Source of the DNA: a virus
Taxonomy: Duplodnaviria; Heunggongvirae; Uroviricota; Caudoviricetes
Direction: 5' to 3' (one strand)
Length of the DNA: 40,965 nt
Virus record (IMG/VR): IMGVR_UViG_2541047735_000003
Location: 1-40,965 of that record
Every line of letters starts with the position of its first letter. Positions within the stretch are counted from its first letter, which is position 1. The position numbers and the translations under genes are program-made. This document shows positions 18,177 through 27,300 of this stretch, piece after piece. The notes beneath the pieces were generated by a model, which was not told the origin of the DNA, ran no database searches, and saw only the letters and a program-made list of their open reading frames with translations.

Positions 18177-18521
18177 GTGATATCGATGTCAGGTGAGAAA
18201 CCAAGATACCGCGTTCTGCGCCTCTCTCATATCCATAACACTCTGTGGCCGGAGGGGGCAGAAATCGAATACGAAGGTGAGCCTGGTAGCGCACTGGAAC
18301 CTGTTAACGATGCAGCCAGACAGGCAAAAGCAAAAGTTGCAGGAAAGGTGTCAATGGCAGCAACCAGCACCAAAATCATCAACGATGTGTCAGATGATGG
18401 TGAACTGGATAAGCTCCGTGAAGAGTACGAATTGCTCTTTAACGAGAAGCCACACCATAACGCTAAAGCCGAAACGCTCCGCGAGAAGATCGCAGATAAG
18501 CGTAAAGAACTAGGCGTGTAA
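18177..18521 (+). CDS. Hypothetical structural protein
   Basis: 114-aa ORF; followed by a GGGGC-TTCG-GCCCC hairpin and T-run. Confidence 0.4.
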   Translation: MISMSGEKPRYRVLRLSHIHNTLWPEGAEIEYEGEPGSALEPVNDAARQAKAKVAGKVSMAATSTKIINDVSDDGELDKLREEYELLFNEKPHHNAKAETLREKIADKRKELGV

Positions 18522-18537
18522 GCCTCGCGAATCCGAC

Positions 18538-18559
18538 AAGGGGCTTCGGCCCCTTTATT
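18538..18559 (+). terminator. Intrinsic terminator/attenuator within the structural operon
   Basis: AGGGGC-TTCG-GCCCCT followed by TTTATT. Confidence 0.55.
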
Positions 18560-18571
18560 GCAGGAGTGTAT

Positions 18572-18895
18572 ATGGAACTCGTAAACCTCAAAACCGGCAC
18601 TGACAGCTACCAGGATGAGAGCGGAGAAACCAGAACTCGCGATGAATACCCGTGGGGGCTGTGCATCACTCTTAATAACGACACATTGAATAAGCTGAAG
18701 GCGCAACCTCAGGGCGTCGGAACAGAAGTGATGATAACTGCAAAAGCTGTTATTCGAGGCCTGTCTGCCAGAGAAACTGACGATGGTGTTAATCGCAGCG
18801 CCGATCTGCAGATCACTGATATGGCGATCGCTCCTGTTTCCGGGGATGTAGAAAAATCAGCGGCTGAAACCCTGTACGGCAATGGGGGTGAGTAA
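18572..18895 (+). CDS. Hypothetical structural protein
   Basis: ORF-track frame 18566..18895; ATG 18572 with GGAG 5 nt upstream. Confidence 0.4.
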   Translation: MELVNLKTGTDSYQDESGETRTRDEYPWGLCITLNNDTLNKLKAQPQGVGTEVMITAKAVIRGLSARETDDGVNRSADLQITDMAIAPVSGDVEKSAAETLYGNGGE

Positions 18896-19500
18896 TGGCC
18901 TCTGTAGTAGAGATCTGCAATCGTGCGCTGTCCAATATTGGCAATAGCCGCAGCATTAACAGCCTGACGGAAGCCAGCAAGGAAGCGGGGGAATGTTCGC
19001 TGCACTTTGAGGCCTGCCGTGATGCTGTGCTTTCTGATTTTGACTGGAACTTTGCTACCAAACGCGTGGCGCTTGCAGATACGAGCAATCCACCGCCTGA
19101 CTGGGAATATGCGTATCAGTACCCGTCCGATTGTCTGCGCATTATTGAAATTATGCTTCCTGGTGTACGCAATCCAACAGCAGCAATGCGCGTTCAGTAC
19201 GAAGTTGGTGCAGACACCAACGGAACAGGAAAGTTGATCTACACAGACCAGCCGCAGGCATGGCTCAAGTATGTCTCTCGCGTTTCAGATGTGAACATGT
19301 TTGATGCCATTTTTATGGAGGCGTTGGCCTGGCGTCTTGCGGCAGCTATTAACATGGCGCTGACTGGGAATGCAGACCTCGGTACGTTTGCCCTCAATAT
19401 GTACAATCGCGTGATTCTTAGTGCTGGCTCGCATAGCCAGAATGAATCACAGGAACCACTGCCACCGGTTGACGAGTTTACCATTGCGAGGTTGTCCTGA
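18895..19500 (+). CDS. Hypothetical structural protein (head-tail adaptor candidate)
   Basis: 201-aa ORF, translationally coupled with neighbours in the structural operon. Confidence 0.4.
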   Translation: MASVVEICNRALSNIGNSRSINSLTEASKEAGECSLHFEACRDAVLSDFDWNFATKRVALADTSNPPPDWEYAYQYPSDCLRIIEIMLPGVRNPTAAMRVQYEVGADTNGTGKLIYTDQPQAWLKYVSRVSDVNMFDAIFMEALAWRLAAAINMALTGNADLGTFALNMYNRVILSAGSHSQNESQEPLPPVDEFTIARLS

Positions 19501-21971
19501 TGGCTATCAGTTGGATCCAGCCCAGCTTTGCCGGTGGTGAGATTGGACCGTCGTTGTACGGTCGTATTGACATGGCGAAGTACCAGGTGGCATTGCGCAA
19601 GTGCGATAACTTTATCGTGCGGCAGTATGGCGGAGTTGAGAATCGACCTGGTACGCGTTTTGTCGGTGCCGCCAAATACCCAAATCGGAAATGCCGCCTG
19701 ATCCCGTTCCAGTTCTCGACGGTTCAGACTTATGCTCTGGAGTTCGGACACCAGTACATGCGCGTTATCAAAGATGGTGCGTTGGTGCTGAACAGCAGCA
19801 ATGTTATTTATGAAATTTCCACGCCATATACTGAAACCGATCTGTTCCGAATTAAATTCACGCAAAGCGCAGACGTGCTTACGCTGGTTCATCCGGCATA
19901 CCCGCCGAAAGAGTTGCGCCGCTATGCGCATGACAACTGGCAACTGGTTGATGTGGTAACGAAGAACGGGCCATTTGAAGATATCAATATTGACGAGTCA
20001 GTGACGGTTTATGCCAGCGCCAGCACCGGGACAATTACGCTAACGGCAAGCGCCTCTATTTTTGGCGCGGAGCAGGTAGGAAAATTGTTCTATCTGGAAC
20101 AGCCTGCAGTGGATTCTGTGCCGGTATGGGAAACCAGTAAGAGTACGTCGATTGGCGATATTCGCCGTGCAGACAGTAACTACTATCGCGCCGTTACAGC
20201 AGGCAAAACAGGTACTTTGCGCCCTTCGCATACAGAAGGCACATCATGGGATGGCTGGGGCGGATCCGGTGATGATGATACTGGCATTGAGTGGGAATAT
20301 CTGCACAGTGGTTTTGGCATTGCCCGTATCACTGCTGCAAATGGAACTACTGCAACTGCCGAGGTGATTTCCTATATCCCTTCGCAGGTCGTGGGCGAGG
20401 ATAATGCCAGCTATAAATGGGCTAAATATGCCTGGAACAGTGTTAATGGTTATCCTGGCACTGTTGTTTATTATCAACAACGTCTTTACTTCGCCGCATC
20501 GACTGCGTTTCCTCAGACTATCTGGGCCAGCCGTACCGGGGATTATAAGGATTTTGGCAAAAGCAATCCTACGCAGGATGACGACAGAATTATCTACACC
20601 TATGCCGGACGTCAGGTTAATGAGATCCGCCACCTGATTGATGTTGGTTCTCTGGTGGCGCTGACTTCCGGAGGTGAGTACGTCATCACCGGCGACCAGA
20701 ACAAAGTGTTAACCCCATCATCATTTGCATTCAGCTCTCAGGGATCAAATGGCTCAAGCAACGTCCCGCCAATTGCCGTGGCGAATATTGCTCTGTTCGT
20801 CCAGGAGAAAGGCAGCGTTGTCCGTGATCTGGCCTACTCATTCGATGTTGACGGCTATCAGGGGAACGACCTGACCATCCTTGCCAATCATCTTTTTCAG
20901 AAGCACAGCATTGTTGACTGGTGCTTCTCGATAGTCCCTTACTCCAGCGCCTTCTGCATTCGTGATGACGGTAAATTACTGGTGATGACCTATTTGCGTG
21001 ATCAACAGGTTTTTGCATGGGCACCACAGTCCAGTACCGGAAAATATGAAAGCACATGCAGTATCAGCGAAGGCAATGAAGATGCGGTGTATTTCGTCAT
21101 TAACCGAACCGTTAACGGGCAAACAGTGAGATACATCGAGCGACTGTCCAGCCGTTTATTTACCAGCGATGAAGATGCTTTCTTTGTTGATTCTGGCCTT
21201 AGCTATGATGGAAGAAATACGTCTGACAGAACGATGACCATCACTGGTGGTTCTGGCGAATGGGATTACCGCGCGGAATATACAATCAGTGTTTCTGGTG
21301 GTGCGTACTTCACCAGTAGTGATGTCGGCGCGCAACTACAGTTCCCTTATACCGGAACTGATCCTGATACTGGCGATGAGGTGTCAAAAGAATTACGTTG
21401 CGACATTATTTCTGTAACCAGCAATACCGCTGTAGTGGTTCGTGCTAACAGGAACGTCCCGCCATCCCTCAGGAATGTGGCCACCACGAACTGGCAGATG
21501 GCGCGCCGGACATTTGGAGGCCTGTCTCATCTTGAAGGCCAGACCGTAAACATTCTCTCTGATGCGAACGTGGAACCACAGAAAGTGGTTTCCGGAGGTG
21601 CCGTCACGCTGGAATCTCCGGGGGCTGTAGTGCACATCGGCCTGCCAATAACTGCTGAATTCGAAACACTGGATATCAACATTAACGGACAGGAAACGCT
21701 GCTGGACAAAAAACAGGTGATCCCCTCCGTTACTCTGGTTGTGAATGCCAGTCGCGGCATCTGGGCGACTACGCCCGGCGGTAAATGGTACGAATATCCA
21801 CAGCGTGAATTCGAGTTCTACGATGATCCTGTTGATGACGCTACCGGAAAAGTAGAGGTAAAACTGGACAGTAACTGGGGCAAAAACGGACGTGTAAGAA
21901 TCCGTCAGCTTGACCCGTTGCCGCTGTCTGTTCTTGCTGTTATTCCTCGCCTTACTGTTGGGGGATTCTGA
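19500..21971 (+). CDS. Large tail hub / tail tubular protein candidate
   Basis: 823-aa protein between the head genes and the internal virion proteins; no tape measure or sheath genes are present, consistent with a short-tailed virion. Confidence 0.5.
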   Translation: MAISWIQPSFAGGEIGPSLYGRIDMAKYQVALRKCDNFIVRQYGGVENRPGTRFVGAAKYPNRKCRLIPFQFSTVQTYALEFGHQYMRVIKDGALVLNSSNVIYEISTPYTETDLFRIKFTQSADVLTLVHPAYPPKELRRYAHDNWQLVDVVTKNGPFEDINIDESVTVYASASTGTITLTASASIFGAEQVGKLFYLEQPAVDSVPVWETSKSTSIGDIRRADSNYYRAVTAGKTGTLRPSHTEGTSWDGWGGSGDDDTGIEWEYLHSGFGIARITAANGTTATAEVISYIPSQVVGEDNASYKWAKYAWNSVNGYPGTVVYYQQRLYFAASTAFPQTIWASRTGDYKDFGKSNPTQDDDRIIYTYAGRQVNEIRHLIDVGSLVALTSGGEYVITGDQNKVLTPSSFAFSSQGSNGSSNVPPIAVANIALFVQEKGSVVRDLAYSFDVDGYQGNDLTILANHLFQKHSIVDWCFSIVPYSSAFCIRDDGKLLVMTYLRDQQVFAWAPQSSTGKYESTCSISEGNEDAVYFVINRTVNGQTVRYIERLSSRLFTSDEDAFFVDSGLSYDGRNTSDRTMTITGGSGEWDYRAEYTISVSGGAYFTSSDVGAQLQFPYTGTDPDTGDEVSKELRCDIISVTSNTAVVVRANRNVPPSLRNVATTNWQMARRTFGGLSHLEGQTVNILSDANVEPQKVVSGGAVTLESPGAVVHIGLPITAEFETLDININGQETLLDKKQVIPSVTLVVNASRGIWATTPGGKWYEYPQREFEFYDDPVDDATGKVEVKLDSNWGKNGRVRIRQLDPLPLSVLAVIPRLTVGGF

Positions 21972-22435
21972 TGATCGACGTTCAAATTATTCCCGCTACC
22001 GAAGAGCATCTTCAGATGATTTTGCCGGATGTTCGTCAGGCTGATATTGACGAACTGTATGCGGTATCGCTGATGACTACCGAAGATGCACTGCGTGTTG
22101 GCCTGCGTACTGCGACTATGGCTTGGTCAGGGTTCGCGAACGGAGAACTGGTAACCATGTTTGGTGTATCTCCGGCGTCAATGATCGGTGGCAATGGTAC
22201 GCCCTGGCTGGTCGGAACCAGCCGTATTGAAAAATATCAGAAGACATTTCTGCGCCACTGCCGCCCTGTATTGCAGCAGATGCTGGCAGTTTATCCGCGC
22301 CTGGAAAACTATGTCGACGAGCGAAACCATGTTGCCAAAGCATGGCTGCACTGGCTTGGATTCAGGCTTGAAGAAGCCGCGCCTTATGGTGCTCTTGGTC
22401 TTAATTTCCACAGATTTCACATGGAGAGAAAATAA
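21971..22435 (+). CDS. Hypothetical virion protein
   Basis: 154-aa ORF coupled to flanking structural genes. Confidence 0.35.
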   Translation: MIDVQIIPATEEHLQMILPDVRQADIDELYAVSLMTTEDALRVGLRTATMAWSGFANGELVTMFGVSPASMIGGNGTPWLVGTSRIEKYQKTFLRHCRPVLQQMLAVYPRLENYVDERNHVAKAWLHWLGFRLEEAAPYGALGLNFHRFHMERK

Positions 22436-22980
22436 TGTGCGATCCGGTTATTGCTGGTGGCGCAATGCTCGCCATGAGTGGCATTCAGGCATACACCCAG
22501 TACCAACAGGGAAAGTATGCCTCGAAGGTTGCAGAAGCGAACGCAGATATAGCCACTGCTCAGGCAAATGATGCAATAAACAGAGGTAACGCTGAAGCTG
22601 AGCAACGGCGCAGAGAGACCCGACAGCGGCTTGGTACACAGGCGGCGACAATGGGGGCGACCGGCGCCGATTTATCTACCGGTAACGCGCTGGATATATT
22701 TGGCGACACTGCCCAGTTTGGCACTCTTGATTCGCTGACGACGGTGAATAACGCGCAACGCGAGGCTTACGGTTATCAGGTTCAGGCTGCCAACTATAAA
22801 GCAGAAGCCAGTTCAGCCCGTAAACAGGGGAATGTGGGAGCAGCAACAACATTGCTCACTGCGCCTCTGAAGGCATACGGTGCGTACCAGATGTTTGGTG
22901 GGACGTGGAGTCCGTTTACTCAAAGCACTCCTGCGCCAATCGGGGCAGCAGCAGGAACCAGATTACCCGGAGGATTATAA
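22435..22980 (+). CDS. Internal virion protein candidate
   Basis: 181-aa Ala/Gly/Gln-rich protein preceding the large ejection proteins. Confidence 0.4.
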   Translation: MCDPVIAGGAMLAMSGIQAYTQYQQGKYASKVAEANADIATAQANDAINRGNAEAEQRRRETRQRLGTQAATMGATGADLSTGNALDIFGDTAQFGTLDSLTTVNNAQREAYGYQVQAANYKAEASSARKQGNVGAATTLLTAPLKAYGAYQMFGGTWSPFTQSTPAPIGAAAGTRLPGGL

Positions 22981-25601
22981 TGCCAGTCGTACCAACAGTA
23001 TCCGGACGTCAGGTTGAGAGTCGTGGAGTTCAGTCAGCAGGCTTGCAGACGTTTTCTCAGCCAGGTATTGGTGATGCTTTTGTTCGGGCAGGGACAGAGG
23101 CAATTGATGTTTTGGGGCAGGCAAAACAGCGTGCCAATATCGCTCTGGCTCAGGAGGCATCTCTTAACCTCAGTCAGATAAGCAGCGATCTGCTGAATAA
23201 TCCTGAAACAGGTTTGCTTAACCTGAAAGGGAAAAATGCTATTGGAAAAGGTCAGGAGTATACGCAGCAGTTTGATGCTCAGATCGAACAACTGGCTATG
23301 TCGCTGCCGGATGAACAGGCTCGTAATGCTTTCATGCAGCAGGCACAGCAGCAGCGCATTCAGTTCACTACGCAGGCCGGGAGGTACGAAATAGGACAGG
23401 TTCGCCAGTATGAGGCGGATATGCAGGATGCGACACTAAAAAACCTATCGATGCAGTTCCGTAACCCGACAATGGCAAACCAGGCAGGATTGAAGGCATA
23501 TCATAGCATCATCGCTTACGGCGAAGCCCACGGCCAGAGTCAGGAAGAGATCGAACAGAACTGGGTTTCGTGGCGCGAGAATGCCGCGAACGGTGCGGCG
23601 GAGGCGTGGTATGTGCCGATGTATCAACAGATGATGGGTCCGAACGGCAAGATTGAGGTAACCGATACACCGAGTGAGGCGCAGTTATTCTCTGCAATAA
23701 TCTGGCAGGAGAGTGGCGGAAATCAGTACGGAAAGGACGGAACACCTCTGGTGTCGCCAAAAGGCGCTGTTGGCGTAGCGCAGGTGACGGAAGATACTGG
23801 CCCCGAAGCTGCCCGCCTTGCTGGCGTGTCGTGGGACCGAGATAAATGGTTGAATGACCCGCGCTATAATGCCCGCTTGGGGCAAGCTTATTTCGGCGCG
23901 CAGATGAAGAAATACGACAATAACCCGGTTCTGGCAGTAGCTGCCTATAACGCTGGCCCAGGAAAGGTTGACGGCTGGATTAAACAGATTGGCGATCCGC
24001 GCACAGGCGAAGTCAGTGACGCCCAGTTTGCCGCAGCTATCCCATACGACGAGACGCGCAATTATGTGGCAAAAGTAACTGGCAGTGCTGGAGCTATTCC
24101 TGGATCTGCGACGATGGAAAACCTCATCGCACAGCCATTCTGGAACGCCATGAGTCCGGACAAAAAGTCGCAGATGATGAGCAAGGTTGCTGGCATGTAC
24201 GACATGCAGGCTTCAGCCGGTCGCGTTGCGCTACAGAGTCGAATGCAGGATGACCTATCCAAAATTGAGGCCGGTAAGCAGGTGACGCCTATTTCAGCGC
24301 ACGAATGGGCCGCCGTTATGCCGCTTCAGGCAGCGCCTGCCGAGCGCCTGCAGATGGAAAAAACCTTCCAGCAATACCAGCAGGCAATGACGCTACAACC
24401 TGTTTATCAGACCATTATGCAGGGCAACGTCCAGCAGGGTACCGCCGCCGTGCAGGCAATGGCACCGCAGGAAAACGACCCTGACTTTAAATACAAAGCA
24501 GAGCTTTATGCATCGGCAAAGGTCAAGCTTGGGCAGGTACTGAAGGCGCGGGAAGCGGATCCGGGGGCATGGCTGCAACAAAACTCTCCGGTTGTGCAAG
24601 CTGCATTCCAGCAGTACCTCAATGACCCTTCATCTGGTGAATACCTGGTTTCCCGCATACAGTCTGAAAAAGACCGCCTGGGGATAATGAGCAAAAAAGT
24701 TTTACCGGAGTCCATGGTCAACGACGTACTGCAGCGTATTGACAACACGCAGGAATCTAGCGTAAAGGCCATTCAGTCGGTGGCGCAGTCGTTCGGCAAA
24801 TACTCGGATCAGGTGATGCAGCAGGTTCAGAAGAACGCTTATCCTGCGTTGCAGGTTGTCATGGCTACCGAGAACCCGCGCGCGGCAAATGCGCTCTGGC
24901 AAAACCGTAGCGTTAAAACTGCTGACTTACGCGGCAGTCTTGAGAAAACCGACGCGGATAGCGCCGACTCGTCATGGAATGACCAATCGAAAGATTTTGC
25001 AGGCACGATGGTTGTTCAGCCTGGTGGCACTGCCGTGTGGAATAACTTCAACGAGCAGGGAAAACGACTTACTTACATCAACATGCAGCGCGGAATGTCG
25101 GCGTCTGATGCAGCAAAACAGGCGTATCAGGACATCCTCGGCGAGCAGTACCAGACCAATGGCACTTGGCGGCTACCTAAGCGTGCAGGGATAGATATTC
25201 GTGACGTTAACGATGGTGCCAATGCGTATCTGAAAAACCTGTCAGCAGATCAGATTATGCCGCTTATTGGTGACCCAAGGCTACCTGATGAGGTTAACCG
25301 TGAGCAGAGTATCTCCCGCATTCGTGATAATGCGCAGTGGGTTACCAACAGCGACGAAACAGGACTTACCCTGATGCTCAACGGGCTGATCGTCAACGGT
25401 GCCGATGGCAACCCGATTACGGTGACGTTCAACGATCTGGCGAAACTGGGAACAACCAACCGATCAGTATGGAACCGCATTACCAAGTTCATTGATACTC
25501 CGGTGAAATATACTCCCGGACAGTCTAAGGAATACAGCGCAGAAAGTCAGCGCGACAACCTGATTAACATTTTCCAGAACGGCCAGCAATCAGGACGATA
25601 A
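22980..25601 (+). CDS. Internal virion / ejection protein with lytic transglycosylase domain
   Basis: Start ATG 22980 (MPVVPTV); contains WQESGGNQYG...GAVGVAQVTEDTG...AAYNAGPGKV, matching SLT-family lytic transglycosylase motifs. Confidence 0.75.
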   Translation: MPVVPTVSGRQVESRGVQSAGLQTFSQPGIGDAFVRAGTEAIDVLGQAKQRANIALAQEASLNLSQISSDLLNNPETGLLNLKGKNAIGKGQEYTQQFDAQIEQLAMSLPDEQARNAFMQQAQQQRIQFTTQAGRYEIGQVRQYEADMQDATLKNLSMQFRNPTMANQAGLKAYHSIIAYGEAHGQSQEEIEQNWVSWRENAANGAAEAWYVPMYQQMMGPNGKIEVTDTPSEAQLFSAIIWQESGGNQYGKDGTPLVSPKGAVGVAQVTEDTGPEAARLAGVSWDRDKWLNDPRYNARLGQAYFGAQMKKYDNNPVLAVAAYNAGPGKVDGWIKQIGDPRTGEVSDAQFAAAIPYDETRNYVAKVTGSAGAIPGSATMENLIAQPFWNAMSPDKKSQMMSKVAGMYDMQASAGRVALQSRMQDDLSKIEAGKQVTPISAHEWAAVMPLQAAPAERLQMEKTFQQYQQAMTLQPVYQTIMQGNVQQGTAAVQAMAPQENDPDFKYKAELYASAKVKLGQVLKAREADPGAWLQQNSPVVQAAFQQYLNDPSSGEYLVSRIQSEKDRLGIMSKKVLPESMVNDVLQRIDNTQESSVKAIQSVAQSFGKYSDQVMQQVQKNAYPALQVVMATENPRAANALWQNRSVKTADLRGSLEKTDADSADSSWNDQSKDFAGTMVVQPGGTAVWNNFNEQGKRLTYINMQRGMSASDAAKQAYQDILGEQYQTNGTWRLPKRAGIDIRDVNDGANAYLKNLSADQIMPLIGDPRLPDEVNREQSISRIRDNAQWVTNSDETGLTLMLNGLIVNGADGNPITVTFNDLAKLGTTNRSVWNRITKFIDTPVKYTPGQSKEYSAESQRDNLINIFQNGQQSGR

Positions 25602-25602
25602 C

Positions 25603-27300
25603 ATGCCAATTTACACAGATGATCCGGGACAGGGCATTAACCAGCCAATTGGCAACGCGCCAGCAGGGCTTGGCGAATCGCTGCTTTCTTCCCTTAAGCA
25701 GGGATTTGAAGAGGGGCCGGTCATGTCCGGCTACCGCTTTGCGCAGGTCGACTCGCTGGCGAATGACCCAAACTCTACAGTTATCAGTAAGCAGGACGCA
25801 GATGAGCTCCTGAAGCAGTACGGCGTAAAGAGCATAAACGTGCCAGATTCTGGCGTTACGCAGGCTTTTCTCGATCATGTTATTGCCGAACGCAAAGATT
25901 CTCTGGCACGCCAGCAGATTGCGATGTCGGCACCGAGCGGGTGGGTAGCCACGCCGCTTAATTTCGCAGCCAGCCTAGCTGGTTCAATGGCAGATCCTGG
26001 TAACGTGGCGCTGGCGCTGGTTCCGTTCGCTGGAGAAGCAAAGGCAGCTTCTGTGCTTGGCCGATTTGGCGAGCGATTTGTTGCGGGTGCACGCATGGGG
26101 GCAGCGCAGGCGGTGGTGACCGTGCCGCTTACCGGGCTGGCAGCGGCGGCGGAAGGTGACGACTTCACCTATAGCAACGCGTTGGAAAGTACTTTCTTTA
26201 ACACGATGGCTGGCGGTCTAATGCATGCCGGCGGCGGCCTTATCGCCGATATCGTGCGACCGCGTCGCGTTCCCGATGCTGCAACGGGAGAGTCCCCGGC
26301 GTTTTCTGGCGATGCGCAGCCAACCCCGGTGATAACGCCTGACAACATTCCGGCGGGCGTGAATATCCCTGAGGTTGGCGCTAACGCAGATCTGGCGGCG
26401 GCCATTTCCAATGAAGCGGAGAGCTACGCATACAGCCGGGCTTATGACGACGTGATTCCTGACTATATGGCGCGCCAGCAGGAGTTACAGAGCGGACAGA
26501 TCGGTAACGTTGCCGACCTGCGTGCCGAGCTTGCGGCTAATCAACGTCATGCTGACTCGCTTGATGCGACGCTGCAGCAGCGCACCAAAAAGTATCAGGG
26601 GCAGCGGATGAAGTTTAAGGATGCGCGCTCTAGGGCACTGAAAGAGATTCAGGCCGAGAAAGACGCCATCGCTGCACGCAATCAGGAGATCAACACATCG
26701 CTGGAGCAGAACGCGACAGCAGAGCAGGCGCGCTGGCGCCAGTCTCAGATTTCCCGCGGCGAGATCCCCGACGACCTGAAAGTCACCATTTCCGAGCGTG
26801 CGCAGCAGATCCTGGACGGCATGCAGATGTCGCCGGTCGCTGGCGCAGTTCGCACTGCCGCAAGCGCCATCAGGGATGCTGACTGGAGCGTGAACCAGCA
26901 GGCGTATCGCGCTGCGCTGGCACACATGATGGAAGGACGTAGCCCAGATGTTGAGCCCTTCTATGAACTGCACAAATCGGCACTGCGTGAACGCGCCATC
27001 CATCGCATACAGAACCCGGCACGGCAGGTTGATGAAACGGCTCGCCCAGCAAGCGAAACAGCCGATCGGGTTTATCAAGAAACGCAAAAGGCAGATCATG
27101 AAATTACCGCTGCCGCTGCAGACCTTGATAACGAGCTCAACCTGAGTAACGCCCTGCTTGACGATATCGCTGTCGATAACCCTGATCTTGCGACCACGTT
27201 GCGCCAGAAACTCAATGATATTCGTGCCGACGCCAGCGACAATAGCATGAGCAACGCTTTCCGGGCATTTGCCGCCTGTATGATTAACCGGGGGATGTGA
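25603..27300 (+). CDS. Internal virion / ejection protein
   Basis: 565-aa protein in tandem with the other large ejection proteins. Confidence 0.5.
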   Translation: MPIYTDDPGQGINQPIGNAPAGLGESLLSSLKQGFEEGPVMSGYRFAQVDSLANDPNSTVISKQDADELLKQYGVKSINVPDSGVTQAFLDHVIAERKDSLARQQIAMSAPSGWVATPLNFAASLAGSMADPGNVALALVPFAGEAKAASVLGRFGERFVAGARMGAAQAVVTVPLTGLAAAAEGDDFTYSNALESTFFNTMAGGLMHAGGGLIADIVRPRRVPDAATGESPAFSGDAQPTPVITPDNIPAGVNIPEVGANADLAAAISNEAESYAYSRAYDDVIPDYMARQQELQSGQIGNVADLRAELAANQRHADSLDATLQQRTKKYQGQRMKFKDARSRALKEIQAEKDAIAARNQEINTSLEQNATAEQARWRQSQISRGEIPDDLKVTISERAQQILDGMQMSPVAGAVRTAASAIRDADWSVNQQAYRAALAHMMEGRSPDVEPFYELHKSALRERAIHRIQNPARQVDETARPASETADRVYQETQKADHEITAAAADLDNELNLSNALLDDIAVDNPDLATTLRQKLNDIRADASDNSMSNAFRAFAACMINRGM